Below are positions 1 to 13,301 of a stretch of DNA of 64,000 nt, piece after piece. The notes under the pieces are model-generated. The model was not told where the DNA came from, did no database searches, and saw only the letters and a list, made by a program, of their open reading frames with translations. This stretch comes from Pecten maximus (lineage: Eukaryota): the NCBI RefSeq assembly GCF_902652985.1, contig NC_047029.1:3844001-3908000 (forward strand), read 5' to 3'. A program made the position numbers and the translations under genes. Each line of letters begins with the position of its first letter. The stretch's first letter is position 1.

Positions 1-259
1 TATCGACATGAGGATCATGTACAATTTAATATGGCTCGTGATGTCAGAGTGTAGTTAAAATAATAACTAATATAAAAAGTTTCTAGTTTTAATTTGGTGG
101 ATATCATTGTGTATTTGAGATCAATGTCTAGTTGTATAGCGCTAATATTGACATAAGGACCATATACATTTTAATATGGCTCATGATGTCAGAGTGTAGT
201 TAAAATAATAACTAATATAAAAAGTTTCTAGTTTTAATTTGGTGGATATCACTGTGTAT
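1..259. repeat. Tandem repeat, ~145-bp period, truncated by the window start
   Basis: ATGGCTC(G/A)TGATGTCAGAGTGTAG… occurs at 31 and 176. Confidence 0.85.
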
Positions 260-2858
260 GGGAGAGGTGAACTGAATTGGTTTGTTGTTTGTTATCATTA
301 GTTCCCTATATAATATCACCGGGGGTACTGTAGGTTTCCTCTCCGTCCCCTAATTTCTTCGACAAGTTCGAATATCATAGTTTTTGGGTCAAGGTCAATG
401 TCACTGTTAGTATCTTTAGCAGGGGTTAGATGGGGACATTTAGATTAAAAACAATCTGTATTATTATCTATATCTCGATCCTTATGTGTAGATCACCTGC
501 CTGACGGACGAGTAAGGTAATGTTGTGGTGCAGAGTCCATCGTCCATATGTCGTCAACATTACCTTGGAAATTCTTCTCAATATAGTCAAGAGGTAGAGA
601 GCCATCATATTAAACTCTGTCTGGTAGTTTAATTTGATGAAGTAAAGCAATTAAGCCATATCTGAGGTTATTGGGGCAAAGCAAAATTTATCAAATTTCT
701 CTTAACAAACTTCAAAGGCACTCTGGGATGACACATAAGAACTAATGCAAAAAGAAATTACATTGAATTCATATTAGAAATCATAAGAATCATTGTAATA
801 ATTACCAAATTGAAAGCATTACAAAAACTTCTTCTGATTTGCCAAAAGGCCAATGTTTATGTGGCTGGTAGGTTGCTATGATGAATTCGAAGCCCAACAA
901 ATGTGTTGTCAGATATCACCTACACAATTTATTAAAAAATGCAAATGACTTCTTCTGATCAACCAAAAGACTACATCCTGGTGTTTGAGTGGATGGTTCC
1001 GAAAATGAAGCAAGAGACAGTTTGCAAAAGGATCTTGAATTATAAAGGTCACAAAGGGGTCAAATCTTTTAAAACACTCCAATATCTTATTACTGCTGCA
1101 TCAAAAGGCCTAGAATCGTTACATTAAAGTTGTAGGTATCTGGGATAAAGCCTGACAGAGTTTTTGAAAAGAGATGACATTGACTGATATTCATGTTTAT
1201 GCTCACAGGAATCACCTTACGTACTAAAACACACAACTAATAAAGGGATAGAATCATTTTAAAAAGCAGTGAGTACCAGGTTAGCAATGCAGGCCCATTG
1301 GACCTCTTGTTAATCACTGCCATCACACATTTAAGGTAGCTATCATTGATTGAGACATTACAGGTAACTAAAGCATGGTTTATACGGATGATGAATAGTA
1401 CTGAAATTTGGGGTCAGTGCAGGAATTTTCTCACGAGTGCTTGAAAAATACTGCAATTTATACTTAATAGGTACTTACTGTAAAAATTATTTTTCAGATT
1501 CCTTAATAACGAGAAATGAGTAAATTATTAAGAGAAAATTATCAAAAGATTTTAATTTTCAGTATTATTTATTTACTTAAATTTTTGATAATATCCAGAT
1601 TCCGGATATTGGTTATTTATTACAAGCACAGTCTTTTGAGCATTTTACTTACATAGTACATGACACAATTTTGATTTTTGTCATGTTAGAGACAAAAAAT
1701 TATCTCAAATCCTTACAAGTTCTGACAAAAAATGTACCTGGAAAATTGAGAATAATTGCTTTAACTTCGCTATGAAAAATCTGTACGAACCATGTAAAGG
1801 TACACACGACTCATATTTTGCGTAATATGTATGTGAGGTTGATTTGAGAGTTAAGAATGTGATTAATTTATGAAAGTTATATGATGAGTTTATTTTGGGA
1901 GGAAATGATGATTTTTTTTGTATTGTATAAAATTAATATGATGAGATGGTTTGAGAGCTTAATCAATTTAAATACCAGGTATGTCACAATTGCTCAATGT
2001 AGTTTTCAGTTTAAAAGTTTTCATGGTTTATCATGGCAACAAATAGTCAAAATCACTGATATCTCACTGTCTCTCAAGCCATTAATCACATCAGCTTTCT
2101 AGTTTGGATATATTTCTTTGATAAAACCATGGAAACATATACCTGTGGTCAAAATCAATGATTTAAGCAATTTCTAGAGGTTCATGATCTCAAATGACCT
2201 TTTTGAATAATTCCACAAAACTTCATACCCACATTGATCAAGTGGTCTAGTAGTCTAGTAGTGCTTTCAGCTACAGAGGAGTTTTCACTTTTGATATTTC
2301 TTTGGTTACCATAGACACAGTCAAATTCACTGATTCCATCGTTTCCGAAACATATCACCAGAACTTTAAAAAAAATAATTCTCATTAAATGTTATACACA
2401 CACCATTGAGTTGACTTTAATTGGAGTTATAATGTCTCCAATGTGTTGATTACATTTAAATCACCTCACTTTTGTTCATCATAATTAAATATACCAGTCT
2501 GCGAGGTATATCATGCCCCGACTTGGCTTGCTTGACAGAGTTTTTGAGCGAATATGTAATTGTTATAATATTTGTGTGAAACATTGACTTTTTGTATGAA
2601 GTGGAGATTTCTGTATAATGTTTCTAACCAGACTAAGTATATATAGTGAAAACTAAGATGTGTAAAATTAAAACAAAGATTTAAAATGGTTACATATGAA
2701 CCTAAAGGGACGAAAACAAAGTTGTTATTCTGATATCCATTGTAACATTAATTGGTTGACAAACGATATTTATGTGTATATATATGGTATGTACTATGTT
2801 ACTATAACCAGATATATTGTTATTGGTATAGAGTTGTGTAAGTACACTTGTACAACAG

Positions 2859-3100
2859 GGCCCAGCTGTTCAAAAGGTGATTAGCTTAATTACTTGATTA
2901 GTGAAAATCTTCTTTCTCCTTTACTTCAAAACCTGAGTGTGTATATTCCTAAAAATAGGCAGATAGGAAGAAACTGACGAGTGTTATATACAGTTTCATA
3001 AAATTTTGTCAAGTTAGTTTTAACAGAAATTTTTTATCAGGATTTTAAAATTGTTGTTAAACAGTGATTTTAGCCTAATTACCTTTTGAACAGCTGGGCC
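2859..3100. mobile_element. MITE (GGCCCAGCTGTTCAAAAGGT TIR; Harbinger-like), copy 1
   Basis: TIR of about 26 bp; a second copy lies in opposite orientation at 34029-34272. Confidence 0.85.
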
Positions 3101-3958
3101 ATGGTGTGAAATCAAAACCAGAGAGATTTAGTTTGGTTACACATATAATGAACCCGGGGACTAAATGAAATCTGTTGTATGTTTTTTGGAAACAATCTCT
3201 TGCCAAATGACAATGGAGAACTCAGTACACACTATACATCCTGTTTTATTGTAAGTTTATCTTTGTTACAATATGTATAGAAGTGTCTAGCTGTTTATGA
3301 ATGCTGTTATGAATTTATAGATTTATAAATTTTATAAAACAATTGATTGTTTTGTGTTTTCATATGATCTTGTATTACGATTAAGACTAAACCACAAAAA
3401 TAAAAAATAAAAAATAATTTAATGTTGCTGTAAAACCTGTCGGCCTTAATATCACATAGGAAACAATACAGTTGTGAACTTTATTAAATAACGTGTTACT
3501 ATAAACAAACAAGAGAATTCCTGTGTAAGCTGTGAATCTAAGACCTTACATTTAAATCTGGAAGAGTACATATCTTCTAGGCCAAGTCAAAGGAATGTCA
3601 CATGATAAATGTAAAGATTACAAAAGACACTAGCTATTCTAGCCCCCATCGACCGTCAAGCTAGCACTTACCGACCGAGTGAAACAAGGGAAGTAACTGT
3701 GATAGATCAGAATGATACAAGTAGGCATTGTCTTATATTACAACTTTTTAATTATTTTATACACCTGCTATAGAGTGTTACCCTTCAACTGTTCCTTCAC
3801 TTTGGTGTAAGTTCACCATTCATTTATACTTGTGGTAGCTATTGATACAATTTCCTTTTATCATATATCGAGGGTGAAATTGTTATGTTTGACTTCAATA
3901 TTGGTCTGAATAGTGTATACTTGCAGTGCTGTAGTATTACAGCCTTACACTGATGACA

Positions 3959-4179
3959 GGCCGCGGTGACCAAGTGGTTAAGGTGTCCCGACACTTTATC
4001 ACTAGCCCTCCACCTCTGGGTTGCGAGTTCGAAACCTACGTGGGGCAGTTGCCAGGTACTGACTGTAGGCCGGTGGTTTTTCTCTGGGTACTCAGGCTTT
4101 CCTCCACCTCCAAATCCTGGCACGTCCTTAAATGACCCTGGCTGTTAATAGGACATTAAACAAAAACAAACCAAACCAA
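3959..4179 (+). mobile_element. tRNA-derived V-domain SINE, copy 1
   Basis: A/B boxes (TGACCAAGTGG, GAGTTCGAAAC), V-like core TTTCTCTGGGTACTCAGGCTTTCCTCCAC, A/C-rich tail, 12-bp TSD ACACTGATGACA (3947-3958 and 4180-4191). Confidence 0.9.
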
Positions 4180-5324
4180 ACACTGATGACAGGGATTGGG
4201 AATGCCAAATTTACCTGTATGAGCCATTCACCACTGTGTACAAATTCATATGGGCTATTTGCTTTTTGTCTACTAACTTCATGAATTATTAAGAATTTTA
4301 ATGTGCCTATGGCCCATGTCCTTTCCAACCCCTGCATTATTGACTGCAGTGAATGACCATGTAGTAATAATCCAGTTAAATTATGACAAACTCAATTTCA
4401 ATTTTTGTTTTTCTTTTATTCCTTCATGATTTAACAGCAGTAAAATACATGTTACTTTTGTATATATACAGGTATATGTAATGTTTATCACAGATAGGGT
4501 CAAAATAGCTGACAGGTTTCCAAATTAGTATGAGTGTGGTGGCTATACAGTCTAGTGTTTGGACACCTTACAACCTCATCTCCGGAGACCCTGGAGAAGT
4601 CGTACTGTACAATAGAGACCCAGACACAGGTGTCAGTTGGCAGACATGTTACCTCAAATTATGGTGTAGGTGATAAAGTCACTACCTAAAGCTGTGTGTA
4701 TTATAACATACACCAACTAGCACTGGTAGGTAACAGAACTGGGAAATCGAAACCTAGAAATAACAACAAATAAAACAGCAACTTGATAATTTACATACTT
4801 CTCACTGAACCCTTAATTAAAATGTTGGTCAGCTGTTAAGATAGGTGAAGGTATACGATTTGGGATATTTAGTTGTGGTGATTTTACATGTAGACTTATC
4901 CACACAACAAGCTTTGTGTGTCGACTACTGGATGATCTTGTGAAATAGCAGCACACAATGTAATCTGATCAGAATCAACATCAATAACACTGTCCACTAG
5001 ACCTGCATGTTTTTGGAGAAGATAAATATGTGTGTCTCGATCCACTTAAACATTGGATCTGGTTTCACTACCCACACTCCTCCCCCCTCCCTGACAAATC
5101 ATGTTTTAATTTTCCACTGGGTTTGGGATATAAACAACTATAATTTATGACGTATTTGCACACATGTATTAAACTTCAACTCCAAAGTGAAGTTCTGGAC
5201 CTTCTTTTTAACTGTCACAGCATGTTTCAACTTTCTTCTCCATTGATTTAGAAATGCCACATTTGGAAATAACCCACTTTCTTCGATTTTCTGTTCCAAT
5301 AATTGCATTTGGTGTTATTATTGC

Positions 5325-8300
5325 CTACCATACAAATCCAAGGCGTTTCTTCGAGCCACTTTTACCATAAATGTTTGTTTTAGTTTCGTCAGTTGTGTCC
5401 CTCTGGTAGTGTGGCATCTGTTTGCCAGACTTGTCTGACACCATGTAGCTGGGGCGGATGCCGCCTTTTCCGTTAAAGATTGGCCCGCTGCCACCTCCAG
5501 CCCCTGTCTGGGCTGCCTTACGGAGTGGGTACACGTTACGTCCCCCACGCTCACAGTGCTCGATGACTTTACCGGCATACTCCTGGAACTGGTCCTCCTC
5601 AATCTTGAGCAGTTCCATGTTGGCCTTGTCCAGCATCATGGCCTGTTGTTGTATGTCTTGTGCCTTGTTTGTCCTCTCATCCTGTAATGACAAATTTACT
5701 GGTAAATAATGGCAAATAATTCACCTTGATAATATTAGTACAATAATCGCCTTGATAATATTAGTACAATAATCCGCCTTGATAATATTAGTACAATAAT
5801 CCGCCTTGATAATATTAGTACAATAATCCGCCTTGATAATATTAGTACAGTAATCTGCCTTGATAATATTAGTACAATAATCCGCCTTGATAATATTAGT
5901 ACAATAATCCGCCTTGATAATATTAGTACAATAATCCACCTTGATAATATTAGTACAATAATCCGCCTTGATAATATTAGTACAATGTACCATACCAACA
6001 TATCCCATAAAATAAAAATCACTGTGATATCTGTCCCTTTCCAGAAACGACGTATGAGTGAGTCTGCACAGGAGGACAAGAGTCCAAATCTTCCAAGAGA
6101 ATTGAAAAGCTTCTGTAAATCCCACACAAGAAAATTGGCTCCAACATCAGCCCCTCCAGAACGTAGCTAGGCCCTCACATTAACACCCCAGAAAGTAGCT
6201 AGGCCCTAACATTAACACTCCAGAAAATATATGCCCTAACATCAACCCTTCCCCAGAAAATAGGCCTTGACATCTGTCCCTCCATTACTGGCTATGGTAG
6301 GGACTTTGATGACCTTGACCTCTGATGAACACTTCATTAACAATACTTTTTGATGACCTTGACCACTGATGAACATAACATTGAAACATTGACATCTGTC
6401 CCTCCACAGAAAGGCACTTTCTCCCCAGATACTTCAAAGTCCTAATAGTTACAGGAATGAATTTTTGTTGACAGAAGACGCCAACAGCATGCTCCACTCA
6501 CCGCTTGAAGACGTTGAAAGTCCTTCAGCCCAGTGGCTTCATGCCGTTTTCTTACACGTTTCTCTTCCTCATTCCTCTCAAAGATTTCATCGGCAGCCTT
6601 TCTGATACGAATTGTCTCCAGCTCCTGGCGGCGTTCATCCTTCTTCTTGAGCTCTGATTCTTTCATCTGAATAAATCATAAACAGTTGTCAAATATATGG
6701 AAGAAAACTTGATAAATTTTACTATTGAAACGTAAATTATCAACTTGATAAAAACGTATATAACACCACCGCTTACATTTGTATATCATCACTAATGACA
6801 ATCACTTTTGGTGTATTGAACAACTCTTCAAGTCTCCCAATTTGCTGGATACATTGAGATTTCTAATCAAATATACATTTGATAGTAGTTTTAGAAGCAA
6901 AACTTACCAGGAAACATTAGTAAAAGTATTTTCAAAAACATCAGTGAGCAGCCCATTTAAAGCTACATTACCAAATTATACCGGTGACTTTGATGACCTA
7001 GTCTACTGATGAACACTTCATTAACAGTACGTTTTGATGACCTTGACCACTGATGAACACTACATAACAATACTGGCTATGGTAGTGATGTTGATGACCT
7101 TGAACTCTGATGAACTCATCAACATTACCGGCTATGGTAGGGACTTTAATGACCTTGACCTCTGATGAACACTTCATTAACAATACTTTTTGATGACATG
7201 ACCACTGATGAACATAACATTGAAATACTTGCTATGGCAGTGATGTTGATGACCTTGAACTCTGATGAAGACTAGATTAACACCACTTGCTATGGTGGGG
7301 CAGGTCATCCAATAGACCCTTGAAATTATGTTTTTGACTCCACAAAATCAGACTTGACTCTTGGGATTGAATGAGTACATTTGTATGTCCATTTGACATA
7401 TATATGTTTTGACCCTTTAGATGCATGTCTGAGAAATAGTGATTTGATTTCTGATATTGCTAAAAATCAAGGGTCAACAAGATGCCCTGGTGGGGACTTA
7501 TGTCCTTAACCTACCTGTGCATTACGATGCTCTGCGGCCTCTGTCATCATCTTCCTTAGCTTGGTCTCCTTGGATGCCTCCTCTACAGCTCTTCTCTCCT
7601 CTGCCTCTTCCACTGCTCGTCGGATCCTCTCGTCCTCATCGCTTACCTTCTGTTTCATCTGGGCACCAAGCTTCTCACGAATCTTCTCCAGGTGGCGTTG
7701 TTTCTCCCTGGAAATATGTCACATGACATTTGATATATTGACGTCAATGATACCCCTAGTCTCCCTCCAATATACAGAGGATTAGGGTGTACAATGAATA
7801 CAACACCAGTATGAGCCTGAGTTTCCTCTGGCCCTGACACCCATATCCAGACAATTGGTGTCAGGGCCAGAGGAAACTCTGGCTACACCAGTATGTGACA
7901 CACTGTCACAACGTCAGTAACTATGCATAAAATTAGGTGTACAATATATTTCATGTATTAACAGTTATGTAATATATTTTAAATAAACACATATACATTT
8001 TCAAACAACTATATATGCTAGCTATACATACTGACTATTTATCAGCCATTGGAATTATACAAGTTTTCTATCTTTATTCTGCTGGTCATCAGAATTCTTG
8101 ACTTAATATCAATATAATTACGAGTGGATTTCTGTTTCTTTTTCTGCCCGCAACTTCATCATCTTCCTCTTAGCAGCTGCAAAGATACGGCACTCCTCAT
8201 CTTCTTCCTGTGATGATTATACAAATGAAAACCATGTGAGTGTGAAAATAAAATTCAGAAATTTATCAAAAATGTAAAATTTATATCTTAAAGTCCACTT

Positions 8301-11300
8301 AAAGATGCCTGTGAAGGCAGAAAGCCTTGTGGAAGTCTTGAAATTTGTCTTTCTAATGTCTCCTTTCGCAGGTAATTTGTCTTTCACAAGTATCTTTTAT
8401 AAAAATGTATTTATATCTTTAAAGTCAAGAACAAAGGCAGTATAAAGTATGCATGTCCAGTACAAATGAATCTACTTCATGTTTATCACGTAAACAACCT
8501 AGGAAAGAGATTTGTATGGGGTCCCTTACCTCCTCCTGTTGAGCTTGTATTTGTTTCATTCTCTTGATACTATCTATCTGTGACATGTTGTCTTTCAATA
8601 GTTGTGCCTTCTCATCTTTCCTGATAGTCTCAATGTGCTCCTTCTCTACGTGGTACTGAGACGCCAGCTTCTTGAGCTCCTCCCCTTCCAGACGGTCCTC
8701 AACCACCATCTTGTCTCTATTCTGCATGTGTTCTCCGATCCTGCAACAGAAAATCATGATAACAGCTTTAAAGAAATGTAAGGTTACTGTTTATTTAGGT
8801 TTTAGAAATGAGATATGTAGGTGTGAGAAATTAAAAATATGAACAGAAAGCATATAAATAGTGAGGAACAAGATCTGGAAGTGTGCCGTATAAGTGAGAT
8901 AGAATCATACATTTGTATGTAAGTGTAGTGTATTAGTGAAAGAAACATGATCTGGAAGTGTGCTGTATAAGTCAGATATAATTATGCATTTCACAATGTG
9001 TATGTACATATATAAAGTGTGTTGACATATTAGTGGGAATAACTGAAACATAATCTGGAAGTGTGCTGTATAAAGTTTTGAGAAACAAGATTTGGAAGTG
9101 TGCTGTATAAAGTTTTGAGAAACAAGATTTGGAAGTGTGATGTATAAAGTTTTGAGAAACAAGATTTGGAACTGTGATGTATATAAATATAGTTGTGAGA
9201 GATTACATATCTGTAACCTAGTGTAAGATCGCTGTATAATTAAATTTACTAGTAGTTTACCAGTAATGACAATCACATGTTAATATGTATAATAACAATG
9301 ACAATATTGAAATGTGTCTAATGACACAAGGACACATACTGTGATATCTGGAACTGCGCTGTGAGTTTGGAAGCCTGGATTCTTTCCATGGCTTTCTGCT
9401 GATCTGTCTTTATCGCCTCATCATATTCCCGCTGGGCTCGTTTCAGGTGTGCAATATCCTGACCCTCATTGGCCTTTTGTTTCAGTTTCTTCAGCTCTAT
9501 CTGAGCCTCACGTTCCTTCAGGACCTCGGTCAGCATGAGTGCACTCTATGGAAAAAGGAGCAGAAAACTTACTTTTTACATCTGTCTTTTTACACCTGTC
9601 TAAAAGAGAATATGTTTTCTTTTAAAAGAGATTAGGAAATCTCACATGCTAAAATATATCCATGCCCAGTGCTGGATTGTTGGGTTTCATCCAATCTGAG
9701 ATCTGAGACACTGTTATAGGAAATTTAGCACAAAATGATGTCATTTGAAATTGTCTTACTAATGCATTCACCAACAAAGGAGCTATTTCAATCAAAATGA
9801 GTAATGATAAACAGGAAATAAGAATTACCCGGTAATAGTTCATCATTAAGAAAGGAATTTTTTACATGGAAGGACTTGACCATGGTAGAAGATCTAGTTT
9901 GCCATTAATTTGATTTGATAAGTATTGACCATATCAGTATATGCATATGGGCATTGGTCATTTTAATTGTCATCACTTACATGGAAAGACTTGACTCTGT
10001 CAGTCTGATAATACTGTTGGGTCTTGGCTTTCTCTATAGCATCTTTGCGCTGATGAGCCTGGAATTTCGCCTCCTCAAGATCAATCTGTTGTCTCTCCTC
10101 TTCCTCCTTCTGTTCGCGTAATTTTCGTGCTTCTAGTTTACGCTGCCTCTGTCCCTACACAACAAACAATATAAGAAATGAAATGAATTATAGATATACT
10201 GTATATAAGATTTATGGGAAGTTGTTTTTTTCAGCATATATATGCACATTTTCAAATGTTCTATTTTCTGAAAAGAGTAATTCTACAAAAGTAAAAATCG
10301 ATATAAAGACTTAGACATCACATTGTGATATTAAAATGTGATATAAATTAAGATCCATCTTAACTTACTGCAATAGTGTTTCCCCAGTCTTTGATCATTT
10401 CCTTTGATTTTTTCTGTTTTTCTTCTTTTTCTTCCTTCATTTTCCTTGCCCTTTCTTCCTCTATTTGTTTGCGGTGAAGTTGCATATGGATGCGATCCCA
10501 GTCCCCCTTTGACAGAACTGTGACTTGTCGAAGGTCAGTGCCATCAGCTAGGTGCATGCCTTGTGTAAGATTATCAGTGGAAAAGGGCATCTCCTTTTGG
10601 CCTGAAAGGTCATTCAATATATATTACAAGATTTGTAAAACTGAGGTTAGAACCCTATACAAACAAAGATGTAACCTAGATTGTGTTAAGAAACAGAATG
10701 CTGATGTACACATGCTTTAGAGAATTACAACAATCATATAGCCATCAGGATCATCCCATTATTTGCTAAATTCATATATGACATTGACACATGACTGTTA
10801 GTAAACATTGGTTCTTTTACTGATTTTTGAGAAAATCTCATGTGATTACTTTAAGGGTATCGTTTTGATTTTGTGTTTGTGATTTGGGTTATTTTTTAAT
10901 GCATAATAACACTATCCAAACACTTAATTGATACTTAAGTCTATAGTATTTTAGAAGCGTCATGAAATTGTTGACACAAGAACGACGCTGTTTTGTACCG
11001 CAATCCTATTTTAGTATTTGAATTTACACTTATATACTATATCATAGGGACTGTAAATCAATTGGTAAAGGGAAGTTTCTCTTCAACTGATTTAATTAAA
11101 ATGTGATCATTTAAGCACCATTTACAAGAGAACACTTTACACATAAATGTGTACAATACACTACCTTGGATAGAGATTTTCCACCGTATCGAGTAGACCT
11201 ATATTAAACTTGACCAAAATGGTGGCACAGTCGAATCTCGTGTCAACATTCTAAAGGAAACACGAATATATTTTTGGTGAGTATTAAGTTTATAAATGAT

Positions 11301-11351
11301 TCCATTACCTTTAGCACTGCCTTTTCTTCGGCCGTGCATGACAGTAGCCAT
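5325..11351 (-). CDS. CFAP210: Cilia- and flagella-associated protein 210 (CCDC173), long coiled-coil axonemal protein, 555 aa, 9 coding exons
   Basis: Exons (- strand, all GT-AG, phases compatible): 11351-11309, 10601-10369, 10154-9981, 9545-9340, 8740-8530, 8207-8122, 7707-7515, 6666-6502, 5681-5325, total 1668 nt. Protein MATVMHGRRKGSAK...IKDWGNTIAGQRQRKLEARK...YYQTDRVKSFHSALMLTEVLKEREAQIELK...GRNVYPLRKAA...GGIRPSY...SKKRLGFVW*. These motifs and the length match CCDC173/CFAP210 as I recall it. Confidence 0.92.
5714..5986. repeat. 27-bp minisatellite, about 10 copies, in the last CFAP210 intron
   Basis: Unit CCGCCTTGATAATATTAGTACAATAAT. Confidence 0.95.
6985..7300. repeat. Degenerate GATGACCTTGACC-CTGATGAACA repeats; a block is duplicated at 6285-6390
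   Basis: 7123-7225 nearly matches 6283-6387 on the other side of CFAP210 exon 8. Confidence 0.75.
8868..9182. repeat. ~37-bp minisatellite
   Basis: Unit AACAAGATTTGGAAGTGTGCTGTATAAAGTTTTGAGA, with degenerate flanking copies. Confidence 0.8.
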
Positions 11352-11649
11352 TTTGTAGCTTTATATCCCCCACTAGAATGTCTTCAAGATTCCCCACAGG
11401 CTACATTAACTTCCAGCACTGTTGTCAAGGCAAACATCGGGAATTGTGACGTCACTTCCGTCATTTCATTCAAGAGAATGTCCTTGACCCTAATCGTAAA
11501 CTTCCGACAGCCAAAGTCTGTGGAATTGCAGGTCACGTTTTACATTGCTCTTATCAACTCTCGGACACACACACGGCGTACCTTTACAACTGATGATTTA
11601 TAAACTTTTGGAGTTCTTCACTCGACGCCATTACATTAACATCAACAAG
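11352..11649. promoter_or_regulatory. Bidirectional promoter/5' UTR region of CFAP210 and the PHOSPHO2-like gene; ETS-CRE composite element and X-box-like site
   Basis: GTGACGTCACTTCCG at 11446-11460 (CRE overlapping ETS), a second CTTCCG at about 11501, X-box-like GTTGTCAAGGCAAAC at 11421-11435; locally CpG-richer. Confidence 0.6.
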
Positions 11650-11767
11650 GTTTGTTGTCATTGATAAACCGAAAACCACACAAATGTTACTATTCAATTG
11701 TTAATATATAAGGTAATTTTTATTACAGTGCTTTTTGCAATGTATATAACAGTTATTAGCATATAAC

Positions 11768-11870
11768 CACAGGGGTTTGTAATGAATGTTTATGATAAAA
11801 ATCAAAAATATATGCTGATCACGGCTCTATTTTTGATTTTTATCATAAACATTCATCACAAACCCCTGTG
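11768..11870. repeat. Foldback palindrome (43-bp arms, 17-nt spacer)
   Basis: 11768-11810 versus 11828-11870, one mismatch. Confidence 0.9.
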
Positions 11871-12066
11871 ATATAACTGTATAAGGTTCTCCACAATCCC
11901 ATGGAGCTACTTAATTTCTTTTCTTAAAACATATTCAGATCTAAAAATTGATTTAATGTTCTAGGCCTATAGTATATGTGTGTAATCCTAAGGGTTCTGG
12001 TGTTAATATCGCCATCAAAGCTGCCCAAAGCATTTACACAGTAAGATCGCCAGAAAATTCGGACTA

Positions 12067-12311
12067 ATATTACTCCTATAACATAAGAGGCCGCTGGTCG
12101 GCTCTTTTTCTATCGGATATGGTTACACGGCGCCTGTCAAAAGTATCTCGCCATGTAAAACCTCTAACATTGTTGGATGTTAGAGGTTTTACACGGCGAG
12201 ATACTTTTGACAGGCGCCGTGTAACGAGGTCGCAGTCGGCAAAATAATATCCGATAGAAAAAGAGCCGACCAGCGGCCTCCTATGTTATAGGAGTAGAGT
12301 AGGAGTAATAT
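12067..12311. repeat. Foldback palindrome (~100-bp arms, 6-nt loop), probably a collapsed MITE
   Basis: TACTCCTATAACATA…CTCTAACAT-tgttgg-ATGTTAGAG…TATGTTATAGGAGTA, with a ~21-nt insertion in the right arm. Confidence 0.9.
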
Positions 12312-13047
12312 ATGCTGTGCAGGTCTTTAGTGTTAAATATAGTTGTCTTTAGATTATGCACGCTATGTCAACATTCCTATAATTTAGGGTCCCTTGAGCA
12401 AGTTTCAGAAATACCTTTTACAAATCTATGCATGATTTTTGACAATAAACTAAAATTTAGTCAACATGTGAGCATGTCAGACAACAAAACTACCTATTTT
12501 TCTTTATCAGGGATCGATCATATGTTTTCACAGTATACAAAAAGCCTCAGTCTGAAATTAGACCCAGTCTCGAATATGCTACCCAGTGCGGGCTCTTTAT
12601 CTCTAAGAAAATATCAGATTGTGGTAGGAAATGTTCAATGTAGAGCCACTCAAGTATTACAGTACTAGTGTAAAAGTGGGGATCAAGATTATAGGTTGAC
12701 AGCTAGCAGGTTATATATAATCAGTTGGAAATTCTCTTCAGCCTAGTGGCAAGGTGTCCACTCTGATGGAACAAGTGGTCACTATAGTTTGAGGTACAGC
12801 GAGGGGAGGGTATTTGTAAATGTGTCAAACTGCACCTGACTCGCCCTGTTGACCAAATCAATATTTGTTCTGATGACAACTACCTTCTAGTCAAAACATG
12901 TAAACAACTCAAGGAATAAATTTCTGGACGAAACTCCGTGTTGGGATCACTCCTTACTCAATTTATAAGTGAGTTATAGTTACAAAACGTGCCAGAATAA
13001 TTGGCTGATATATCAGCTGCTAAACATATGTCTAAGAAGTGGTAGCA

Positions 13048-13123
13048 GGCCCCAGTTTCATCAATGTTGATATGAAAAAGTTTAAAGTTTCCTTAGATTA
13101 GGAATATTGATGAAACTGGTCCC
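13048..13123. mobile_element. Very short internally deleted MITE
   Basis: Inverted ends CCAGTTTCATCAAT…ATTGATGAAACTGG around about 35 bp. Confidence 0.55.
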
Positions 13124-13301
13124 TAGTAACAAAAGAAAGTACAGAAATTTAAGTGATTTTTGAGTTTGGTTAAATTTGCTCCACTGTCAAAGAAAGACAA
13201 GGCATATATAGAGATAATTCTTGGATATTACAAGTTTGAAATGCTGATTCAGTGGAAAGTAGAACATTTCTGTGCATGTATCAAACATTTCTATATTGCA
13301 G

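Noticed and set aside
468-2900. Short ORFs or a possible last exon of an upstream gene
   Set aside because: No recognisable protein similarity or consistent splice pattern within the window.
3839-4148. ORFs MPGFGGGGKPEYPEK… (also 18775-18984)
   Set aside because: Readings of the V-SINE, not genes.
5721-6127. ORFs with ADYCTNIIK / IIVLILSRR repeats
   Set aside because: A 27-bp minisatellite within a CFAP210 intron.
11165-11250. Possible extra CFAP210 exon (good acceptor, weak donor)
   Set aside because: Inclusion gives an immediate stop, and exon 1 joins the exon at 10601 in frame without it; at most an unsupported poison exon.
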